Of a stretch of 64,000 nucleotides of DNA, positions 1 through 11,972 are shown one piece after another. Source of the DNA: Octopus vulgaris. Its lineage: Eukaryota. The stretch spans positions 23,498,001 through 23,562,000 of the forward strand of contig OX597815.1 in NCBI GenBank assembly GCA_951406725.2. The letters run 5' to 3'. How positions within the stretch are numbered: the first letter of the stretch is position 1; every line of letters starts with the position of its first letter. The notes beneath the pieces were generated by a model, which saw only the letters and a list, made by a program, of their open reading frames with translations, made no database searches and was not told the DNA's origin. The translations under genes and the position numbers were made by a program.

Positions 1-957
1 TGGTGGTTCCAGAAATTCCAAGACAGGAACTACAGCCTACAAGATGAGCCTCGTTCTAGAAGATCTGTAGAGCATAACAAGGGCGTCCTGCAAACCCTGG
101 TGGAGCAAAGTCCCATCATAACTGTTGAGGAACTAGCAGAGAATCTTGGATTTGGTCATTCAACCATTCATCGATACCTGTGTATCATCGGAAAAGTCAG
201 CAAGCTGGGTCAATGGGTTTCTCACATTCTTTCCGAGTCTAATTGCGTGCAGAGAGTGAATGTGTGTTCTTTGCTGTCACATCTCACAAATGAACCTTTT
301 TTGGACCAAATAATAATTGGCAATGAGAAAATGGGTTCTCTATAAAAATGTCAAGCTCCAAAGACAGTGGGTAGGGAAAGGAGAAACATCACCATCCAAG
401 GCTAAAGAAAGTCTTCAGGTATGTATCTGTTTGGTGGGATATGAAAGGTTTAGTCCACTTTGAACTTTTAAACCCAAACCAAACGGTAACAAAGGAAATC
501 TAATGTAAGCAGCTTGAGTTGGCACTAGAAGGAAAATGACCATCTTTGGTTTCAAGACAAAAGGTGGTGTTCTATTAGGATAATGCTTTGCCACACACAA
601 CAAGGACGACATTCCAAAGGTTGGAGCAGTTTGAATAGGAAATGATGCCCCACCCACCATATTTGCCGGACATTGCTCCATCTGATTATCACTTATTCTA
701 CAGTCTTCAAAATTGTTTGGATGGAGAAAATATGAATTCTGTAGACGATGTCAGAACAGTACTGGAGGAGTATTTTTTTCATCACAGACAAGTGAATTTA
801 GGAAGACTGGCCTTGCAAGTCTACCAGATAGATGGAAGAACATTGTAGAAAATGAAAGAGAATATATTTTAGATTTTAAAAAAAAACCTTTGTTTATCTT
901 AATTTTGAAAAATAAAAGAAGTATAAAAAAAATTGCATTCTTTATGGGATGACCCAA
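1..957 (+). mobile_element. Decayed mariner DNA transposon, 3' part with right TIR
   Basis: Frameshifted transposase pieces: WVSHILSE (WVPHEL-like) and HPPYLPDIAPSDYHLF (YSPDLAPSD-like). The right TIR ...gcattctttatgggatgacccaa is followed by TA. Confidence 0.9.
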
Positions 958-987
958 TATATATAAAATTGATAATAATAAACTTAC

Positions 988-1092
988 CGAGATCCCGTCC
1001 TTTTAGACCACCTATCTTTGAGGGATGTGATGAACCCGATGTTGGTGTATCATAATCATCGATATCATCGATGTCGTCATCATGTTCAGTCA
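988..1092 (-). CDS. CERT1: CERT acidic linker exon ((L)TEHDDDIDDIDDYDTPTSGSSHPSKIGGLKGRDL)
   Basis: Acceptor tgtttcag, donor G|gtaagt, 105 bp, phase 1-1, which fits the phase-1 end of the previous exon. An acidic low-complexity stretch sits at the equivalent position in vertebrate CERT. Confidence 0.85.
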
Positions 1093-1612
1093 CTGAAACA
1101 GAGCATGTAAAACATCAGCAAAAAAAATGTCATGGATATAAACATATGCATACACACAAACATGTTTGTAAGTGTACAGTTTATAGGTCACTGTGAAAAT
1201 TTAGTGTAGATAAAGAGCTTGCAAGAACAGTATAAGCCAGGTAGAGATACCATTATCAAAAGTTAGAAATAAATTCAATAATAAACTTAGCACATGGGTA
1301 GGTGTACATCAGGATACGGTTCTCAGACCCCCACCTGTTTATTATAGTTCTTTGGCCCTTAATAGGGGAGTTTAAGATCAGCTCCCTCTAAGACTGCTAT
1401 ATGGTGTTCACCTAATTCTCATAGGTGAATCTGTTGAAGAATTAGGGAAGAAATTTCAAAAGTGGAAGCAAAGTCTAGAGCTGAGAAGATTCAATGTAAA
1501 CAAAACAAAGACAAATGTTCTAGTTAGCGGGGAAGGAGACAAGGTACTGCAACCATCAAGAGAGAGAGCCAAACTCACTACACAGAAAAGGAGTAGGTAG
1601 GTATTCCGAACT

Positions 1613-1812
1613 GGTGGCGAGCTGGCAGAAATGTTAGCACGCCGGGTGAAATGCTTAGCGGTATTTCATCTGCTGTTACGTTGTGAGTTCAAATTCCACT
1701 GAGGTCGACTTTGCCTTTCATCCTTTCGGGGTCGATAAATTAAATACCAGTTACGCACTGGTATTGTTTGTCCCCTCTGTGTTTAGCCCCTTGTGGGTAA
1801 TAAAGAAATAGG
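1613..1812 (+). mobile_element. tRNA-derived SINE, family A (ggcggcgagctggcagaa...aaagaaatagg), with an internal deletion
   Basis: A-box- and B-box-like head (gagttcaaattcc), central gtcgactttgcctttcatcctttcggggtcgataaa domain, TSD taggtattccgaact. Confidence 0.85.
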
Positions 1813-2281
1813 TATTCCGAACTGGGTACCGAACATGATTTACAACCACAAAATTGGCATAGCAGAATCAAAGCTAGGCTAATGACAAGGGAATTTCATA
1901 TGTGACATGTGAACCAGCTGAAGCACCTATGTAAATTCTTTGAAAAACTCAAATAGTTTCATATGATTCTTGTGCACAAAGTATGATGCTACAAAAAGAA
2001 CCTGTGGAAAACTAATGAAGAGTTGAGCAGAAGTGGCCAGGGCTGATCTCTGAATGCTGAGCCACATAAAGATGATGATGTGACAAGTCAAAAAAGCACT
2101 GTTGAAACTTCCCATCCACTCCATGCCAATAAACATAAAAGTTTTGATATATAAAAATACAGTCACAAAACTATCTGTATAAATTTATTTGGGAATATAT
2201 TATAATCATTGACACAACATACATTTACACATGCACTCAAAATGTTACAAAGTTCTGCTTGTATTGCATTTTGCTACTTAC

Positions 2282-2414
2282 AATCATGTACAGTTCCTTC
2301 AGCCACCGCAGAAGCACAGCTATCAAAATAACTCTGTAATGTATCCACCTGGCGGCAAAGAATATCTCGAAATGTTTCCATTTCAGCCAATTTTTCTCGA
2401 AGACCTCTACCACG
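2282..2414 (-). CDS. CERT1: CERT middle-region coiled-coil exon ([44 protein letters not shown])
   Basis: Acceptor gtttgttag, donor T|gtaagt, 133 bp, phase 0-1. [23 protein letters not shown] matches the CERT middle region as I recall it. Confidence 0.95.
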
Positions 2415-2711
2415 CTAACAAACAAAACAAAAAACAAAAAAATTAGAAAAATTTTTTTTAATTTCGTAAATTTATAACTGACAGGTACTTTTTTTTTTTT
2501 TTTTGAGAAATTACTATTTTTAAAGAGCCATGATTATTAGCAATATTACATTGTTAGAAGAATTATTTTAAAAACTAACCAAAATATAAAAACATTAACA
2601 TATGGAATGAATACACACAGCAAAAAAAAAATGCCTAGATTGAAATGATTCTAAAAGTTACTTTTTATTTTAACCAGAGTTTAAAATAAAAAGAAATTAA
2701 AACATTCTTAC

Positions 2712-2819
2712 CTTGAAAGAGGAGGCTGATGCTGTTGATAAACTTGTACCCGACGTTAGAGAGAGCAGAGAACCATGTCTTTTTAAGCTATTCTCACTTC
2801 CATAGCCAGATTCAGCCTG
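2712..2819 (-). CDS. CERT1: CERT exon encoding the serine-repeat motif ((Q)[35 protein letters not shown])
   Basis: Acceptor ttttctcccag|CAG, donor AAG|gtaaga, 108 bp, phase 0-0. Matches the recalled CERT segment [35 protein letters not shown]. Confidence 0.95.
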
Positions 2820-3854
2820 CTGGGAGAAAAGCAAAAAATCAGTTGAATTCGATGATGTATCAACAGGATTTCAAAATTACAATTAATTTTCTTGTTTGTA
2901 CCAAACTTTACTCCAGGAGAAAAAAAAGAGATGTGAATAACTACAAGTAAATATCATCATTCAAAGTTATTACAATATAAGCAAAACAATTATTAAACAA
3001 TGTCCCTATCAACAGGTTTGTGGCACTTTAATATAATACATTAAAGAAAATTTAAGACTTTTTGCAAATATCTTAAATCTTCGTAAATTAATGTGTTGCA
3101 TCATCATTAATAACAATCTCCATTATGCCTAGATCTACTTCAACAATTTTAAGGGCAGCAATGATGAGATAGATTTTGAGCTACCCAGGTCTTAAGTGGG
3201 ATGGTTTAGTGACATTTGTTAATATTAACAGCATTGAAACAGGTTAATTGGTGAAAATATAATCATCTAATAAAAAGGTAAACAAACTGAAATGTTGTAG
3301 GTGAACAAAACTTCACATTGTTTAGTATATGAGAGAGGTTGAGAAAGAATCAAAAGAAATGTGAAATGCAGTTTCAACTTGAGTTAAGATAATGATAGCA
3401 GACTGAACAGAACACAGATCATCAGAGCAACTATAAGAAATAAAAATTAATGTGTTTGTGGGCTAAACAATGAAGGTTGGAAAGTGTCATAAATAACACA
3501 CATACACACAAAGTATCACTGACTACTTGGATTAAAAGTTTCTACATCACACATTCAGCTACTTGAAGTTATTACATCAGTATGCCCATAAATGTTTTGG
3601 CTTAAAAGATTTAAAGGACTGGATGAATATGTGACAGCAAGGAAAGGATACAGAACCACTCAGATTCCAAATCTAAATGGATTAGATAACTTTTATAAGT
3701 GAGGCATTAAGCAACATTTGTGGTGTTTTAGTTCAGTAATACAATCCTATTGGAGATGTATATCAAAGGCTGCTATGAGCAGAATATGAGAGGGATTAGC
3801 TGAATGATGAGATTACAGCTTACAGAAGAAATAAGTTTAACAAACTGGAGAATG

Positions 3855-3962
3855 TTTTCACAAATTAAAATCTTGAGGACAACACTGACATATTTAAGTC
3901 AGACTGGTTTTCACAAATTAAAATTTTGAAGGACAACACTGACATATTTAAGTCAGACTGGT
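3855..3962. repeat. Tandem duplication of about 54 bp
   Basis: ttttcacaaattaaaat..tga(a)ggacaacactgacatatttaagtcagactggt occurs twice. Confidence 0.9.
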
Positions 3963-5597
3963 CAAGATTTTCTTTTAAAAAAATGGTTTTAAAAAAGCTT
4001 GTTTTTACTAATATAAAGAATAATAACTTTTCTTTCTCTGACCATTTCTTAAGTGACTTTAGAATATTTCTAATGGGTACAGGCACAGTTGTATGCTTGA
4101 GAAGCTCACTTTGCAAATCATGTGGTCTTGGGCTCACACTCACTGTGCAGCATTTTCGGCAAGTGTCTTCTACTATAATCCTGAGCCAACCAATGTCTTG
4201 TGAGTGAATTTAAAAGGCAGAAACCATCTGGAAGCCCACCATGTTTATGTGTGTTTGTCTCCCACCACCACTTGACAACTGTTGTTAGTTTATGTCCTCA
4301 ATCTCTCTCTCTCCCCCTTTTGGGTTTTATTTTTTTAATGTTAGGCTGCTGTACAAGTGACTCCATACATGATACATTCCTTTGTCTTTACTTTGTCTTT
4401 CATCCTTTCAGAACACTAAGGGTCAATAAAGGAGTGTCAATCCAGGTCAGTGAATTGGTAAAATTGCTAGAGACTTGGGCAAGATGCCACATAGTACCGA
4501 TTTCAGCCCTCTGTGTTCCGATAGTAATCTCTGCAACAACACTGATGCAAAGATGCTTGAGCCCAAGCTGGCAGCATTTCCATTGGATAAACATTGGTGG
4601 CATAAAGAAGGGAGACTCACATGTATGAGTAACTGCTAGTCAGTCTTTCTCAAAATATCCTGCCTCTAGTCCATGCAGATGCATGGTCAATACTGAACCA
4701 ACAAAGGACCTAGTACTGAAAGAAGATTCTCAATAGAGAACTGAAGGCAGAAAGTATATAAATCAGAGAAGCCTGCAGCTGACCATTTTGCTGGTGCTAT
4801 CTTTTATGCCCTTCCCTTATTCAACCATTCTTTTGCTAGTAAGCACAGTTTGAAAGACTTCTCAAAGCACTTGGCACCCAACTAAGGAGTAATTACCACC
4901 TGTATGACAATTCTTTTGTGTCCACTTTCTTTTACAACACTTTTATCTCTAGTGCTGACACTATATGGTGACTAATTTCAATAATAACCAATAATATAAA
5001 TTTTCTGCCAACAAAATCTTCAATACAACTTCTGCTCTCTGTCATCAAGTCAAATGTATCAGTTACAGTTGAAGATGCAACCATAGGTAACTTATTTACA
5101 TAATTTCAAAAATTCTCTGTATTTACATGTACGTAGTATGTATTCATATAAGACACACCACTAATTGTTGTGGGTTATGAAATTTTTCGAATAATATGCT
5201 GACTTTTCTTGTTGGTATTATTATGCTTAGAAGTGTTTCGTCAAATTTATTATAATTGTTGTCTAAAATACATTGAAAAACAGCAAAAGGCAAATTCCAA
5301 AGTAACCTTTGAACTTTACCAGTGTAAGCAGCAAATATATGCTTGCTATAAATCCAGCCAATGAAAGGTCATCTAGTACAGAAAGATATAAAAGACAATG
5401 CAGAATGTAAATACTTTTATAAGACTAATTTCAATCATTTCATTCTTTCAACAGAAACACATGTATTGTAAGCGACAGTGGACACAAAAGAATTGCCATA
5501 CAAGAATATAGTGGTGGTTCATTACAACTACAGTATTTCAAGAATAGAAGGGTCTGTTTCAATTTATGTTCACACCAGCTTCACACAACCAGCCCCA

Positions 5598-6051
5598 GCC
5601 CATTCAAAGTACCTTGGATCGCAGGACGGCCTGCTGTGCTTACCCTGGATCATGGGGAGACCTGCTGTGCTTGAGGAGAGGTATTGAGTCAAGTACATCA
5701 ACATCAAAATAAAAATCAAATGGAAATTGTAGTTGTAATACCTGTGCAGGTGGCACATAAAAAGCACCATCCAAACAAGGCCAATGCCAGCGCCACCTTG
5801 GCTGACTTCCATGCCGGTGGCAGGCTTCCATGCCGGTAGCAGGCTTCCATGCCAGTAGCAGGCTTCCATGCCAGTGGCACGTAAAAAGCACCAACCAATC
5901 GTGGCCGTTGCCAGCTCCCTCTGGGCCCCTGTGCCAGTTGCACGTAAGAAGCACCCACTACACTCACGGAGTGGTTGGCGTTAGAAAGGGTATCCAGCTG
6001 CAGAAACACTACCAGATCAGATTGAAACCTGGTGCAGCCTCCTGGCTTCCC
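5598..6051 (+). mobile_element. (GAT)n-tailed retroposon, family B (RTE-related), 3'-truncated, with an internal 19-bp tandem repeat
   Basis: Diagnostic ggtggcacgtaaaaagcacc modules and gagtggttggcgttag(g/a)aaggg(c/t)atccagctg. Unit ttccatgccggtggcaggc occurs about 3.5 times at 5807-5878. Confidence 0.75.
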
Positions 6052-6722
6052 AACAGGGATATGCCAATCATCTGGAATATCCAATAGGAATATGCCAATC
6101 ATCTGGAATATCCAACAAGGATACGTCAATCATCTGGAATATCCAACAGGGATACGCCAATCATCTGGAATATCCAACAGGGATATGCCAATCATCTGGA
6201 ATATCCAACAGGGATACTTGCCAATCATCTGGAATATCCAACAGGGATACGCCAATCATCTGGAATATCCAACAGGGATACGCCAATCATCTGGAATATC
6301 CAACAGGGATACGCCAATCATCTGGAATATCCAACAGGGATACGCCAATCATCTGGAATATCCAACAGGGATACGCCAATCATCTGGAATATCCAACAGG
6401 GATACGCCAATCATCTGGAATATCCAACAGGGATACGCCAATCATCTGGAATATCCAACAGGGACACCTATGCTTACATAGATGACACTACCTTTTATTC
6501 CTCTTTAACATTCTCCAACCATGCATACGTCAATCATCTGGAATATTCAACAGGGATATGCCAATCATCTGGAATATCCAATAGGAATATGCCAATCATT
6601 GGCATATTAAATAGGGATATGCCAATCATCTGGCATATCCAACAGCAATATGCCAATCATCTGGAATATCCAATAGGGATATGCCAATCACCTGGCATAT
6701 CTAACAGGGATATGTCAATCAT
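6050..6722. repeat. 31-bp minisatellite (ccaacagggatacgccaatcatctggaatat)n in two blocks
   Basis: About 13 near-identical units at 6050-6464 and about 6 more diverged units at about 6525-6722. Confidence 0.95.
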
Positions 6723-7320
6723 CTTATTTTAATAAGAAAATACAAATGTGACTCACATCAAGAAAATATCACACTACACACCCCTTTATTATGAGCAATG
6801 CTCAGTTAGATCCCTTAAATCACTCCAATTGTTGGGTTTTGCTAAAGATCACAAAGAATCTCTCCTTTCAAAGGTACATCTTTAATACAACTAGGATCAC
6901 ATCCCAATGACTGGCCCTGCTATTCAAGACTAGAAGATACATCACCCAACTGCTACACACACAGACATCCTAAACCACAACTAGAAAAGGGCTACCAAAC
7001 TGAATGGATTAAAATCACTCACAGACATGCTACAGCCTCTGGTCTACAGGCAAGTGCCCCCCTCTCTCTGCCTTTTCTACTGATATTATAATGGCCTCTG
7101 CTCCTTAGAACTGGTTTGGTTCATACCACTTCCACTTAAGCATTCTCATCTCATTAACATCTCTCATCACTTTCATTGTATCCACTCCAGGCCCTGCACT
7201 AATCCCTATGTCCAGCTCTTCCTTTCCAGAATGCCGGTGCTCTGGAATTCCCTCTGTGTTCATATCTTGCCCAAAGGTGTTGACTTACAAAAGAGGAACA
7301 TCAATGGTATCAATTTCACT
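6465..7320 (+). mobile_element. Decayed CR1/Jockey-group LINE, RT to C-terminus
   Basis: YAYIDDTTFYS (YADD-like) at about 6469, SLCLFY*YYNGLCSLEL at about 7065, SSFLSRMPVLWNSL at about 7215. Confidence 0.7.
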
Positions 7321-9579
7321 GGTCTAGGAGGGTCTGCACCATCCTCCAGATTCAGCAAGTGAAAGAAAAAAAACCCAGAAAACTTATTGAGACAGATACC
7401 CTTACATGTTTTTCAAGTAAGATATTTTTTATTCATTTGGCCATCACACATTGAAACCACACAAACTACAAGAACTATTTATTTACAGATGTAAACATGG
7501 TATCACTTCACCAATGATGTCGTGCAAAGATGTGAAAATAAACATTCATGTACATACACTTTTTCTTTTGCGTGCACATACATAGTCTTTGTGTGTGTGT
7601 GTGATGCACACAATTCACTCACAAGGTATTGGTCAGCCTGGAGTTATAGCTGAAGGTACTTGCTCAAAGTGCCATGTAGGGGGACTGAACCCGAAACCAT
7701 ATGGTTGCAAAACAAGCTTCTTAACCACACAGCCATGCCTCTAAAATTCTACATCACATTTTAATTGCCGCTGACTTTTTATATGAGTATATCCAAAGAT
7801 GAGGCAATGCTCAGATCCTGCTGACATACTACAGTTAATATGGGAGTGAAGTAATGGAAGTTAGTTTATTGTATTTACATTGTATATTAGTAGGGGATTT
7901 TCACAAGGTAGAGATCACTGAAATGAAGAACTGCACATTAGACAGGGGTAGAATATATATCAAAAATTTGAAAACAGAATTCCATACAACAATAAAAGAC
8001 AGACCTCAGAATAATGTAAAATAATTCAAACTGGAGGTGGTGTGTCAGCCCAAATATGAGAAAAAGATTCTTGGTGAGGATGATTTGAGTCATGTAAAAA
8101 AACAATAGATACTAAGGATTTAAGTATTTCTTAATTATGAAAATGTAAAGCAATTATATATATCCCTGATGTAATTTTGTAATTATGAAAAGTGTGAAGC
8201 TTCCAGAAAAAAACCCAATGGAGACAATGAGCCCTAGTAGGAGCAGTAAGAGTAATCTTCTGATTGGCTTACTGTGAGAAATGGGATTTCAGGTGGAAAT
8301 AAGTAACATTTTAAATCTTACTGTTACTGAAAAAGTCATAAGACAATGGGATTCCCAGACTGTGAAGACTTTAAAGAAAATCTTCGTTGATGAAAGAAAT
8401 GAATGCTGAGTGAGAGTATAGGTATTAGTAGGAGATAAAATATTAATTATAAAGAATGAAAAGTTGTGTTATGTGCAGAAGAGTATATAAGTATATAAGT
8501 TGTGCAGTTGACGAGGATTTGTGATATGAATTCATAATCTATGCTACAAGTTCAATAGTTTAATTTAATAAAATAAAAAAAATAGATACAAACAAATAAT
8601 TTTTGTTATATTGTAGATTACACAAAATTTAGAATATGTTTGCCTTCTTTAAAATTTGAAGAAGTGTATCTAACTTAATATAAGGATTATTGTTGAACAT
8701 AGTTCTTTTATTCTTTTAAATCTTACTGCTATTGGAAAGTTATAAGGCGATGAGATCCCCAGATTGTGAAGACTATAAACAAATCAACCCCAGGAGTTAT
8801 TCTTTGTAAGCCTAGTACTTATTTTATCGATCTCTTTTGCCAAACCGCTAAGTGACAGGGACATAAACACACCAACATCAGTTGTCATGCGATGGTGGGG
8901 GGGGACAAACACAGACACACACACGACAGGCTTCTTTCAGTTTCCATCTACCAAAGGTTTGGTTGGCATGAGGTTATAGCAAAAGTCATTTGCCCAAGGT
9001 GCCATGCAATGGGACTGAACCCGGAACCATGTGGTTGGTAAGCAAGTTACTCCTGCATCTAAAGGTTCATGTTTTGTTTTTCAGGAATTATACTGTGCAA
9101 CTTATTAGGGGGTATGGCACGAGTAAAACACAAAATTGTATTCAAGGGTTTTGATAGTAAGAAACCAAGCAATATATTGAAAATAAGTTTGTTTTATAGC
9201 AATTGCACAATATATTTTGCAGTTACTATAAAAGAATTTGCCTTTAATTAACTAACTTATTAACACTGGAAGAGATGAAATAGACTCAAGAGAGGGAAAT
9301 CTAATAACTATGAAAAAGAGAATTATCTGCCAATTGTAGTAAAAAAAAAAATAAATAAAATAAATGAACTTGCAGAGATAAATTATAATACATTTGCACT
9401 TTACAACAATTTTTTTTGTGAGACAGAACTTAACAGAACAGTGTTAAAATGTTAGACAGCAATGCAGTGGTATTTCAATGATAAGCATCCCAAGCAATAT
9501 CAATGACAGCAATATTTTGAAACAAAGCATAAGCATGTTAGTTTCTAAGCTGATGGAGATGGAAGAAGGGTTGACGTAC

Positions 9580-9633
9580 ATGGATATATGGCTGGATACC
9601 GGATGCTAAATCCGGACTGTTTGTCACCTGTTC
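9580..9633 (-). CDS. Candidate in-frame alternative (cassette) exon of CERT, EQVTNSPDLASGIQPYIH
   Basis: Long polypyrimidine tract followed by ctgtag acceptor, donor CAT|gtacgt, 54 bp, phase 0-0, no stop. Lies in the phase-0 intron between the PH and serine-repeat exons. No homology support. Confidence 0.5.
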
Positions 9634-9738
9634 CTACAGTGCCAGAAAAAGAAGGGGAAAGAAATTAATAAAAAGTGAAATTAAAAACAAAGGATATATA
9701 AAATTTAAAATATATGCTTTGAAAAGAATTTTGAATTC

Positions 9739-9769
<31 letters not shown>

Positions 9770-10314
9770 AAAGGGATGAGGGTAAATAATAGTGAAGGAA
9801 TTAAGTTTGTTAGTTTCAGAAGTAATTTGTTACAGTAGCCAAGAGTCATGCAATATTTAACACATTTCTTATAACATTATTATTTTACGTCTAATTAATC
9901 TCACTGAAAGATAAAATGGCAATCAATTCTTGATAGACACTTTCAATCTAGTGTTGCCTAGTGCAAATTTGTATTTCCAAAGTTCAAAGGGTATTATGAT
10001 TATTGCCATAAAGATCTAACAAAAAAAAAAAAAGAATAAATAAAAACTGTCAACTTTCCTCAATTGAAAATTCTAATTAACAAAAAAGAAAGAAAAAAAA
10101 AATCAGTTTTAGCTGGCCTTTAATTTGATTTATGCATTCATTTACTCTTACACATTAGTGTTCATCTTCCATTTAGAATTCATGACTAGAAATTTGTATA
10201 TATTTTAGAGATTCAAAAATCCTTGCTTCACATAACTGTGAAAAATTTTTTTTTCCTTTCAATGCTTGCCCATCACATGAATTTATCTTGTTTAACGGCA
10301 AATTTAAGCATTTA

Positions 10315-11238
10315 CAAGGTGCATTCAAAAAGTATCCAACTTTATATTTTCCCACCAAAACTAATGCCGCATGGGCAAAATCGTTTGGGTGGGAGATGAC
10401 GCCTCCCTTCCTGTGCATGCATGAAAATTTTCAGGCTGGTAGGTGGTGCCAGTTCCTTGGCTGTTGCCCTTACAATACAGAGTGCAGTGCAAGCACGTCA
10501 GATTTTTGATTTCACACAAGATGACCAAACACATCAAGCAGAAGCCATAACTCATGTTTCATCACCAGTGATGATAGTCTTCATGAAGTCTGGGTCATGG
10601 TTTGCATAGTCCAGGATGTCCTGAGCAATTTCTATGCAGAACTGCTTCTGCTGTTCTGCCAGCACCTTGGGGATGAATTTTGCTAACACTCTCCACATGC
10701 ACAAATCTTCCGTTAAAATGGAGTGCACTGATCCTAAGCTTATTCTCACTTCATGAACAATTTCCTGGATTGTTACACAATGGTCTTTTATCGTCATTTG
10801 CTAAACCTTCTCAATCAGCTCCTCGATTTGGCTTGTAGATGACCTGCTTGAGTGTGCCTTGCTCTCCACTGAGGTTTGGCCATGTCTCCCTTGAAGTAAG
10901 CAGTTGTACCACTCCCTGATTTGAGTTTTGCCCATGGCATCATTGCCAAAGGCCTGCTGAATCTTCTGAATGATTTGAGCAAGTGTATCATCAAGCTTTT
11001 TGCAAAACTTGATGCAATACCTCTGCTCAATGCATTTGATGAAAACAAAAAATCCGACAAGCGCTCACTACACATCTGTACTCCAGGTGTAATGGCTGGG
11101 AACTAACATAGCCTACTGGTGCAAAAATTTTCACACATGAACATGAAGGGTGACATCACCTACCACCTAAAGAATTTTCCCTATGTGGCATGAGTTTTGG
11201 CAAGAAAAAATAAAGTTGGATACTTTTTTAATGCCTTG
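10315..11238 (-). mobile_element. Internally deleted mariner derivative with long inverted ends
   Basis: TIRs caaggtgcattcaaaaagtatccaacttt and aaagttggatacttttttaatgccttg. The minus-strand transposase N-terminus ...RVLAKFIPKVL...FMKTIITGDET stops just after the first catalytic D. Confidence 0.85.
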
Positions 11239-11574
11239 CATATATGACCATTCCAAGAAATTGTTTTGGTGATCAACCTTTTACTAATGCCAACTACACC
11301 ATTATGTAGTTTAACTGGCACATTTTTTTTTTATTTTCACAGTTAATATATCAGGACATTAACTGAGTCATATAACTAACTAATGATCTTTGAATAAATA
11401 CTATAATCAATGTGTTTAATTTTGGCATGTACTATCTTCAAACTTTATTCATAACTCAGTACTGAAAAGCCACAAAACCCATATAAATTTTACATTGCTG
11501 CTACTGATTCCAGCACTGAGTTGTTTCTTCTCTGCTAGAGTTAGATACCCTAAAACTATGAAGAAGTGTAAATA

Positions 11575-11972
11575 TGCAGGTGCAGTATGGTTGTGCAGTA
11601 AGAAGTTTGCTTCCACCTACATGGTTCTGTTTTCAATCCTTCTGTGTGGCACCAGCCCTAGGTTGAGCAAAGCCTTGTGAGTGGGTTTGCTAAGATGGAA
11701 ACTGAAAGAAGCTCATTGTGTCTATATTTACATGTATATATCTATGTGTGTGTGTGTGTATGTGTGTGTGTGTTTGCGCTTGCCCCTCACCACTACTTGA
11801 CAACAAGTGTCAGTTTGTTTATATCCTTGTGACTTAGCAGTTCACCATAAGAGACCAGTAGAATAAGCAACAGGTTTCAAAAAGGTAAGTACTAGGATTG
11901 ATTTGTTCAACTAAAACCCTTTAAAGCAATGCCCCAGCAAGGCCGCAGTCCAATGACCAAAACAGGTAAAAA
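11575..11972 (+). mobile_element. tRNA-derived SINE, family C, with internal (TG)n; related decayed copies at about 4079-4290 (+), 7600-7742 (-), 8790-9057 (-) and 58172-58330 (+)
   Basis: Head gcagg..tggttgtg..gtaagaagtttgctt, body aaagccttgtgagtgg.ttt..tagatggaaactgaaagaagc, and a TG tract. Confidence 0.7.

Noticed and set aside
1613-1700. tRNA gene-like A/B boxes (also at about 56820-56896)
   Set aside because: These are heads of multi-copy SINEs with bodies and, for family A, TSDs. No complete cloverleaf is present.
4200-4628. 142-aa plus-strand ORF
   Set aside because: It runs across adjacent decayed SINE fragments and has no domain-like content or splice support.
6050-6722. Regular 31-bp repeats that resemble a CRISPR array, and the 149-aa repetitive ORF 6032-6481
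   Set aside because: Units are head-to-tail with no unique spacers, there are no cas genes, and the context is a eukaryotic intron. The ORF is a by-product of the repeat.
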